From contig OY970368.1 of assembly GCA_963718615.1 (NCBI GenBank), positions 224,001 to 288,000 of the forward strand: a stretch of DNA of 64,000 nt. The letters are read 5' to 3'. A program made the translations under genes and the position numbers. The notes below the pieces were generated by a model. The model was not told the DNA's origin. It searched no databases and was given only the letters and a program-made list of their open reading frames with translations. The first letter of the stretch is position 1. Every line of letters starts with the position of its first letter. The DNA comes from an uncultured cyanobacterium. Lineage in GTDB: Bacteria; Cyanobacteriota; Cyanobacteriia; PCC-9006; JAAUQQ01. Shown in pieces: positions 57,005-64,000 of this stretch.

Positions 57005-58966
57005 ATGCGATCGCCAGCTTTGGGCACCACCACCCTCACCATGCCCGCCGCTTCTGCGAATCCCTGCTCTCGCTTGGGGGATTACTTGAGGACGGCCTGG
57101 GAAAACCGAGGAGAATTGGCCTTGACCCTAGACTGTGCTCCTCGCGGCGAGGATTTGGTGGTGCTGGTGGAACACCCACTAACGGTACAACCCCATGTGG
57201 TGAATACCTTTGCGGCGATTCAGCAGATTTTGGAGACCGCCCCGCTAGAGCTCTGGCAAGACTGGCTCGGCAGCGTTTTGCCTGTAGCGTCTCTGACGGT
57301 GCATTATTTCATGCGGGTTTTGCAGCAGCCCCAGTATTACGCGGACCAGCGGGAAACGCTTGCGCTTCCTGCGGTAGCCCCTGAATCCTTAAACCCATCA
57401 ACCCCCTTAAAACTAAGCACCACCAGCTCGGCGTTGGCCAAGATCGAGCCATCCCTGGAGGTGGATGAAGAGGAGGAAGTCCTCCTGGACCCTGAAATTG
57501 CCGCTGCCTTTATGCCTGAGGTCGTGTGGCAACCGGGACCGCCGCCGCCCCATCCCTTGGATGCAGAGCTAGCCCTAGAAGATGCTGATTTTGCCTTTGG
57601 CCCGAGCCAAGAACTGGAGGCAGCTTATCTGGAGGAAGACGAAGAAGATCCAGAGGATTTGCCGGAGCGGGACCCCCTGGTGATTCCTCGCTCGGTTTGG
57701 GTCGCGGGATTGGGTCTTTGTCTCCTGGCCTTTGTGGGGAGTTTTTACATTACCTCGCGGCCCTGCTGGTTGCGAAACTGTACGCCGCTGACGCTGGCTG
57801 TCCAGACTGGACAAGAGGCCAACAGCAAAATTCAGGTGGCCAGCACCTGGCAGGATCTTGAACAGGCTAAAGGGGAATTGGACCTGGCCCTCAAACACCT
57901 GCGGGAGGTGCCAGGCTGGTCCTCCTATGGGGAACAGGCCCAGGGACTGCGGACGGGGTATCGCAAGCTATTGCAGTCGCTAACGCCGGTTCAAGACGCC
58001 CTCAAGCAAGCAGAAACCGCCCAGCAAAAAAGTCAGGGGAATCCGCTTGCGGAAAAACAATGGCGGGAGGTCTTGGCCCATTGGGAAGCGGCGATCGCCC
58101 AGCTCAAAGGCGTGTCTCCCCAAAGCCCGCTCTATGCCCTGGCTCAGGATAAGTTGGCCCAGTACGAAGCCCAACGCATTACGGTGCAAACTCGGCTGGA
58201 GAATGAAGCCAGTGGCCAGCAGCTCCTGGACGAAGCCCGCAAGTTTGCCAGCGCTGCGCCGACGCTCAAGGATGATCTGAGCCAGCTAGAATTTTTGCGC
58301 CAAACCCAGAGCGCTCTGCAAGATGCCATGTTTACGCTGCGGAAAATACCTAAGGGAACAACGGCCTATCAGGAAGCGGTGCGGTTGCTATCGCGCTACG
58401 AGGCGGAGCTGTCGATGAATGCAGGGCAGCAGTCGAAGGAAGAATTTATCGTCAATCGCTATCAGGAAGCGCTCTCCCGCGCGGAGTCTGCCAAGGTGGC
58501 TGAATCCCAGGACCGCTGGGCCGACGCAACCGAGGCTTGGCAGCAGGCGCTAGCCAGTCTGCAACAGATTCCCTCGGCTTCGGCCTACTTTGCCCAAGCC
58601 CAGGAGCTCATTTCCAAATACGACTATGCCCTCAGCCAAGCCGAGCAAAAAGCCAATCAGGCAGCGGCATTGGATGATGTCAAGCGCAAAGTCGATAGCA
58701 TTTGTGCGGGCACGCCCCAGGTCTGTACCTACGACATTTCTCCGCAATTGATTTCGGTGCAGCTCACGCTGGAGTACGAGCGAGCGGTGTTGACCGCTGG
58801 CACCCTTGGGGATGACCAAAGTCGATTAGGAGCGCTCAACCACGTTAAGGCGCTGGAAAACTCCCTCGAACAGGCCAGCAACGCCGCCCAAATTCCCCTG
58901 GAACTTTATGACCCTGATGGGGTTTTGGTGGGGGTGCATCAGCCTCGGAGTGATGGCTCGATCTGA
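57005..58966 (+). CDS. Hypothetical bitopic membrane protein with TPR-like helical repeats
   Basis: Acidic linker, TM helix, RPC...C, repeated W..A...L..(I/V)P..S..Y..AQ. Confidence 0.75.
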   Translation: MRSPALGTTTLTMPAASANPCSRLGDYLRTAWENRGELALTLDCAPRGEDLVVLVEHPLTVQPHVVNTFAAIQQILETAPLELWQDWLGSVLPVASLTVHYFMRVLQQPQYYADQRETLALPAVAPESLNPSTPLKLSTTSSALAKIEPSLEVDEEEEVLLDPEIAAAFMPEVVWQPGPPPPHPLDAELALEDADFAFGPSQELEAAYLEEDEEDPEDLPERDPLVIPRSVWVAGLGLCLLAFVGSFYITSRPCWLRNCTPLTLAVQTGQEANSKIQVASTWQDLEQAKGELDLALKHLREVPGWSSYGEQAQGLRTGYRKLLQSLTPVQDALKQAETAQQKSQGNPLAEKQWREVLAHWEAAIAQLKGVSPQSPLYALAQDKLAQYEAQRITVQTRLENEASGQQLLDEARKFASAAPTLKDDLSQLEFLRQTQSALQDAMFTLRKIPKGTTAYQEAVRLLSRYEAELSMNAGQQSKEEFIVNRYQEALSRAESAKVAESQDRWADATEAWQQALASLQQIPSASAYFAQAQELISKYDYALSQAEQKANQAAALDDVKRKVDSICAGTPQVCTYDISPQLISVQLTLEYERAVLTAGTLGDDQSRLGALNHVKALENSLEQASNAAQIPLELYDPDGVLVGVHQPRSDGSI

Positions 58967-59985
58967 TGGGCGGATCAACCAGGGGTCGCTCGACGGACTG
59001 GGGACCTCTCCAGGCACGGCTGCACCAGCGGCTGCGTAGGACGACATCTGCTGCCATCGGCTCCCCGGCCCTACTTTCTCCGGGTCAGGCGCTTCTGGTT
59101 GCGGTCTCCGGCGGTCAAGATTCCCTTTGCTTGGCCCGGTTGCTCCTGGATCTTCAGCCCCACTGGCGTTGGCGATTGGCGATCGCCCACTGCAACCACC
59201 GCTGGCGCACCGACGCCGACGCCAACGCGGCCCATGTGGCCCATCTCGCCGAAGTTTGGCAACTCCCCTATTTTGAAAGAATTGCCGTAGACCCCCCTGG
59301 CAGTGAAGCCGCCGCTCGAACTTGGCGGTATCAAGTGTTGGGTGAATTAGCCCAGTCCGAAGGTTTTGAGGCTGTGGTGACCGGACATACGGCGAGCGAT
59401 CGCGCTGAGACCCTTCTCCATAACCTCATCCGGGGCAGTGGGGCCGATGGCCTGGGGTCGCTTCCCTGGCAGCGGCCCTTGGCACCGGGAATTCGCCTGG
59501 TACGACCGCTCCTGGACCTGACTCGCCAGGAGACTGCGGCCTTTTGTCAGGCGGCCAACCTGCCCGTCTGGGAAGATTCCACCAACCAGGCCTTGCAATA
59601 CCGCCGCAATCGTTTGCGCCTAGCGGTGTTGCCCTATTTGCGAAAGCACTTTAATCCTCGGGTCGACGAGCACCTAGCCCAAACCGCTGAGCTCCTCCAG
59701 GCAGATGTCGCCTATTTAGAACAGCAGGCCACGCAGCTGCGACAGGAAACCGAGACCGAGCAAGGGCTTAACCGCCGCCTTCTAGCCCAGGCTCCTTTAG
59801 CGCTCCAGCGGCGGGTGGTGCGGCAGGTGTTGGGGCAGCATTTGGGGCGATCGCCCAACTATGCCCAAATCGAAAAGGTCGTGGCGTTGCTTACGGCTCC
59901 CAACCACAGTCAAACCGACCCGTTTCCAGGGGGAGCGATCGCCGTTGTCCAGGGAGATTGGGTGGTTTTCCAATCGAAACGATAA
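58966..59985 (+). CDS. tilS: tRNA lysidine(34) synthetase
   Basis: AVSGGQDS, EAAAR..RY, GHTASDRAET, RPLL, EDSTN..RN. Confidence 0.95.
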   Translation: MGGSTRGRSTDWGPLQARLHQRLRRTTSAAIGSPALLSPGQALLVAVSGGQDSLCLARLLLDLQPHWRWRLAIAHCNHRWRTDADANAAHVAHLAEVWQLPYFERIAVDPPGSEAAARTWRYQVLGELAQSEGFEAVVTGHTASDRAETLLHNLIRGSGADGLGSLPWQRPLAPGIRLVRPLLDLTRQETAAFCQAANLPVWEDSTNQALQYRRNRLRLAVLPYLRKHFNPRVDEHLAQTAELLQADVAYLEQQATQLRQETETEQGLNRRLLAQAPLALQRRVVRQVLGQHLGRSPNYAQIEKVVALLTAPNHSQTDPFPGGAIAVVQGDWVVFQSKR

Positions 59986-60000
59986 CCCCCAGGATGGACG

Positions 60001-60999
60001 TTAGGCCATTTCTTGGACGAAGGGAAAGGCGATCGCCTGGGCTTGACGACGCTGGCGCAAGCGCTCAACTAGGGGCCGTTGCCAAGGCTGGGGGAGCAGG
60101 CTCAATCCTAAACCGGCGATCGCCTTCCACCAGCAATCCTGTCGCCCCTGCCAAATCAGTTGACGACCGAGGGGGCGATCGCCCTGTTCGACCAATCTAA
60201 ACCCCAGGCTGAGCCAAGTCTGGGCCAGTCGCGCCCGCCGCAGTTGCTCCAGGGAGCGCTGGGGAAAGCGAAAACTGTCCAGATAGGTGGCCTTATCCTT
60301 GAGATATTGCAACCGGCGTTGTAGTCCTGTTTGAGATTTATGAAACCGATATTCCATCAGTCTGGCGCTGAGGAAATAGGCCCGCTTATGGGCCAGGGCT
60401 AACCGGACTAACAGCTCGTTATCGCCACAGTGCCGCAGATCTGCCCGCAGATAGTCCGCTTCGACCAAAACCTGACGCCGAAACAGGGAGGCACCCAGTT
60501 GCAAACTCTGATAGACAAATGTTTCCGTCAGCACATCCCCTAATGGACCATCGTTGAGGCGGGTGCGGCCCCAACGTTCAGCATTCTCCTCGGTCACTGC
60601 CAAGTCCCGGCGACCCGCTGCATCAATCACCCAATGTCCGGTCGAAACCCAGTCGATTTCGGGATGGGCTTCCAGAATCGTCACGGTGCGTTCGAGGCAA
60701 TCGGGAACCAGGCGATCGTCATCATGAAGCTGCATAAAATACTCGCCCTGGGCCATCGCAAATCCGGCTCGCAGGGTGGGGCTAGGACCCAGCGTCGTCT
60801 GCTGGCGCAGGATACGGATGCGAGGGTCCGTCTGGGTTGCCAGAAATTCAGCCGTGCCATCGTCAGAGCCGTCATCGCAGATAATCAGTTCAAAATCGGC
60901 CAATGTTTGATTGAGAACGCTGGCGATCGCCTGGCTCAAATAGGGTTTGCGATTAAAGGTTGGAATACAAATACTTACTTTAGGACGAGCCTGGGCCAT
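60001..60999 (-). CDS. Glycosyltransferase family 2
   Basis: VSICIPTFNR, CDDGSDDGT, LHDDD. Confidence 0.9.
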   Translation of the reverse strand: MAQARPKVSICIPTFNRKPYLSQAIASVLNQTLADFELIICDDGSDDGTAEFLATQTDPRIRILRQQTTLGPSPTLRAGFAMAQGEYFMQLHDDDRLVPDCLERTVTILEAHPEIDWVSTGHWVIDAAGRRDLAVTEENAERWGRTRLNDGPLGDVLTETFVYQSLQLGASLFRRQVLVEADYLRADLRHCGDNELLVRLALAHKRAYFLSARLMEYRFHKSQTGLQRRLQYLKDKATYLDSFRFPQRSLEQLRRARLAQTWLSLGFRLVEQGDRPLGRQLIWQGRQDCWWKAIAGLGLSLLPQPWQRPLVERLRQRRQAQAIAFPFVQEMA

Positions 61000-61163
61000 G
61001 GTTTTGGAGTGCCTTACAAGAGCAATCGGATTGTTTGACTCAGATTGCCCTAGGGAAATCCCTAGGTGAAGGACCCAGGCCACTGCTGCTCAAGAGTTTA
61101 AGCAAGGCTGCGATACCGCCAAAAGGTCATAAAGGCTCGGGAATTGGGCGATCGCGGCTTGTT

Positions 61164-61457
61164 TTAGAACAGACCCACCCCATGGCGATAAATGACGGGT
61201 AATTCTGTCCCCGTAGCTTCTTCCAGCAGATGAATACTCAAGGGTTGAATTTTGTAGGCCGAGCGAATTTGCCCTCGGTAGTCGGGCAAGGCACCACAGT
61301 CCCGTGGATTATCACAGCGGGTCCGCACGGGAAACAGGACGGCAAAGAGTAAAAAGGCGATCGCGGTATAGCGAGACAGAAACATCTCAGAAATCCTCGC
61401 GGGAAGTATATGCAGCCTAGCAACCCTTGGCTCCAGACGCCAAGTCGGTCTTAGCAT
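61164..61457 (-). CDS. Small hypothetical membrane protein
   Basis: Hydrophobic segment, two Cys, Y.IQPL...LE...G. Confidence 0.45.
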   Translation of the reverse strand: MLRPTWRLEPRVARLHILPARISEMFLSRYTAIAFLLFAVLFPVRTRCDNPRDCGALPDYRGQIRSAYKIQPLSIHLLEEATGTELPVIYRHGVGLF

Positions 61458-61703
61458 TGTTCTTCGCTATAGCTGTCTAGAATTAGCTAGGATTGGCGCT
61501 TGTTAACGCTTCAGTGACCCATGCAGTCACCGATAAGTTACCGATAAGTCACATAGAGCCCTGATGGATTTCTCATTTTTTTGCTTTTCTTGCAAATTAT
61601 TGCTGAATTTGGGCATTATCGAAAATGCCTTGGAAAAGCTGATACACATTGCCATCACACGATTGCCATCACACAGATGTCTATGACACAGGGAGATCAA
61701 CAC

Positions 61704-62732
61704 ATGGGGACAGGGACAACTCATCGGCCATATCCGAGTTTTTCCGTTGTCTTAGAAACTGAAAATTTAGCCCAGGCGGATTTGGCGGGGCTGAGCCAGT
61801 CACTGGCCTGTTTGACAGCGCAGGAGCCCTCGCCCCAACAGGCCCAGGAAGTTTTGCTCATTGACAGTGGTGATACGCCTGCTGAATTGCTAGAGCAACT
61901 TTGTCGGCATTATCCCTGGCTTCAAGTCTTACCGGTGCCAACTGGTGTGAATTATTACCAGGCAAAAATGCTTGGAGCGGAGGCTGCCACGGGAGATATC
62001 GTGGTCTATTACGACTCGGATTGCCTCTATGAGCCCCATTGGCTTGGAACGATGTTGGAGAGCTTTGGGCAAGATCCAGAGGTTCAGGTTGTGGCTGGGG
62101 AAACGCGCACGCGGGGAATGGGGCTCTATGGGACGGCGATGGCGATCGCCTATATTTTCCCTCAATATTCAGGTCAGACCACGCTCCAGTCCAGCGATCA
62201 GTATTTCCTCAACAATGTGGCCTTTCGTCGGGAGTTTCTGCTGGCCCACCCCATTCCTACGGATCTGCCGCTGTATCGGGGCAATTGTGTTGTCCATGCA
62301 CGACAGCTCATCACCCAGGGCTATCCGATTTGGCGACAGCCCCAGGCCCGCGCCACCCATGCCCCCCCGAATGGGTTGACTCACTTTTTCTGGCGATTTC
62401 TGTTGATTGGCTACGACTATTATTGGCAAAAGCGTTTGCTGGATCGGTTGGTGCGTCCACTGCGGACCGAGGCTTCAACCGGACCTGCAAGGGCTTCTGT
62501 TCAAAACCAGGAATCGGCGAGTCCCACGGAAGGTTGGGCGGAGAAGTGGGGGATTTTTCGCGATCGCCTCCAAAAGCTGATCGCCACCGACTGGCGACAT
62601 GCCATTTTCCTGCCGCTTTCGATCCCGGTGATCCTGGTGTCGGCACTGCTGATTTCCTTTGGCTATTGGATCACGGCTCGGCGACCCAGTTATTTAGTGG
62701 ATTTGTATGAGAAGTGGGCGATCGAGACTTGA
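61704..62732 (+). CDS. Glycosyltransferase family 2 with C-terminal TM helix
   Basis: FSVVLETEN, YYDSDC (DxD), NNVAFRRE. Confidence 0.8.
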   Translation: MGTGTTHRPYPSFSVVLETENLAQADLAGLSQSLACLTAQEPSPQQAQEVLLIDSGDTPAELLEQLCRHYPWLQVLPVPTGVNYYQAKMLGAEAATGDIVVYYDSDCLYEPHWLGTMLESFGQDPEVQVVAGETRTRGMGLYGTAMAIAYIFPQYSGQTTLQSSDQYFLNNVAFRREFLLAHPIPTDLPLYRGNCVVHARQLITQGYPIWRQPQARATHAPPNGLTHFFWRFLLIGYDYYWQKRLLDRLVRPLRTEASTGPARASVQNQESASPTEGWAEKWGIFRDRLQKLIATDWRHAIFLPLSIPVILVSALLISFGYWITARRPSYLVDLYEKWAIET

Positions 62733-62853
62733 GGGAAAATTGATAAAAGCAAGCACTGCTCCCGCGCGAGGTCTGCGGCTTGGTAGCCAATGCCGAGATT
62801 GCCTGCATGCAGGAGGGTATCGAAGCCTCGAAGAATCATGAGTTGCTGATACT

Positions 62854-63285
62854 TCAAGACTTCAGTAAGGCAAGGCTGGCTGCAACCTCTTTCGCTTTCT
62901 CTTCAATCACGGCGATCAGCTCTTCTGGAGTACGGGTGTCTTCCTCGACTTTTTTGTTGGGGTTGACAGCTTTGAGATCGTAGTTTTTGGCTTCGATTGC
63001 GTCGCGGGTGACGGTCCAGGCGCGATCGCTATCAGCGCGGGTGGGCAGGAGTTTGAAGAAGTCGGCGAAATGGTCGAGGGTGAGGGGACTTTTTTTGGCG
63101 ACTTTGAGATCGGAGAGGTCGTAATACCAAATGCGCTCGGTGGATTTGCCTTTGGTGAAGAAAACGAGGTTAGTTTTTACGCCAGCACCGGCGCTGGTGA
63201 AGACGCCACCGGGGAGGCTGACGATGCACCACACATCGGCTTCGTCGAGGAGCTTGCGTTTGGTTTGGACAAAGGCTTTTTCATT
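62854..63285 (-). pseudogene. hsdM: Type I R-M methyltransferase (HsdM), C-terminal fragment
   Basis: NEKAFVQTKRKLLDEADVWCIVSLPGGVF..GAGVKTNLVFF..IWYYDL..YDLKAVNPN; SAM-binding and NPPF motifs absent. Confidence 0.8.
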
Positions 63286-63607
63286 GGGTGGCGTTGGGGG
63301 TGGCTCTCCAAATGACTTTGACTTTGCGGACGATGCCCCATTCTCCTTCGTCTTTGCGTTCTGCTTCGGCGCTGGTTACTTGGACGAGGTGGGTGACGAG
63401 GGTGTGTTCGCTAGCGGGAGGGTTTTGGACGAGGAGAATTAGGTCGCCTTGGTTTGCTTTGGCTGCATTGGTTTCGCTGCCTTTTGTATTTGACCAGTTG
63501 AGTTCGACTTCTTTGCCGGTTTGCCAGGTGTCTTGTTCGTAGGCCCAGCAATTAGGGTCGTCAATATTTTTGATGAATTTGAGTTTGTTGAGTGTCAGGA
63601 GGGGCAT
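63281..63607 (-). CDS. Hypothetical protein inside the R-M locus, probably 3'-truncated
   Basis: 108-aa ORF 30 bp after hsdS, running directly into the hsdM fragment. Confidence 0.5.
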   Translation of the reverse strand: MPLLTLNKLKFIKNIDDPNCWAYEQDTWQTGKEVELNWSNTKGSETNAAKANQGDLILLVQNPPASEHTLVTHLVQVTSAEAERKDEGEWGIVRKVKVIWRATPNATQ

Positions 63608-63636
63608 GGTTTTTATTGTTGTATTTGGATACTAGA

Positions 63637-64000
63637 TCAAAGTTCGCCGTTGAAGGCTTGCCGGAGCAGGGCGGCGGGGAGTTGGTTGATGGTGTCGAGT
63701 TGGGATTGGAGGAATTGTTGCAAGCCTTGTAGAAATTTCATTTTACTTCCCAATAATTCAACTATTTCTCTCTGCCTGCTTACAGGCGGAAGCAACACCA
63801 TAATTGATGATAAATTGGCTTGATTGATCTTGTATATCCCAGCGGCAGTTCTTGACTTAGATTCGATATCACAACGAATTAGTGGTGAATCCCATATACA
63901 CTGCAAGTAACTCGGTATTATTATTTCTGGGTTAACCACAACCTCAATCAGAAGATCAGGATATAAGATCGCCCCAAGCCAACGGCTCATTCTACGCCAT
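63637..64000 (-). CDS. hsdS: Type I R-M specificity subunit, 3' part
   Basis: INQ..L....LPP...Q.EIV...LP.ALLRQAF.GEL*. Confidence 0.88.
   Translation of the reverse strand, partial: WRRMSRWLGAILYPDLLIEVVVNPEIIIPSYLQCIWDSPLIRCDIESKSRTAAGIYKINQANLSSIMVLLPPVSRQREIVELLGSKMKFLQGLQQFLQSQLDTINQLPAALLRQAFNGEL

Overview
This is a cyanobacterial chromosome segment, as shown by dense HIP1 GCGATCGC octamers, petJ, ccmP and a phycobiliprotein lyase. Most of it is housekeeping: cynABDS, petJ, tadA, era, an amidase, hemB, folP, msrP, ccmP, an amino-acid ABC transporter, moeB, map, rplS, gltX, tilS and tRNA-Arg/Trp/Asp. Five accessory blocks interrupt it. (1) At ~12.4-21.0 kb, a decayed defence island (collapsed SNF2 helicase, IS4 remnant, collapsed darT/darG, intact DUF262-DUF1524 nuclease) carries an intact but uncharacterised acyl-CoA dehydrogenase / PIG-L deacetylase / NodS-like methyltransferase / GT2 cassette. 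(2) At 26-30.6 kb, a secreted adenosine deaminase lies beside a transmembrane CHAT protease. (3) At 33-39 kb are PEP-CTERM genes and a frameshifted STAND-NTPase with a 102-bp TPR array. (4) At 47.8-51.8 kb, a two-gene biosynthetic unit pairs a stand-alone A-T-TE NRPS-like enzyme lacking the amino-binding Asp with an HPPD/hydroxymandelate-synthase hybrid dioxygenase; this is the best candidate for an undescribed system. (5) A broken type I R-M locus sits at the right end. Across the window, strand composition often flips from G/T-rich to C/A-rich at HIP1 sites. All assignments come from motifs read by eye; no searches were run.
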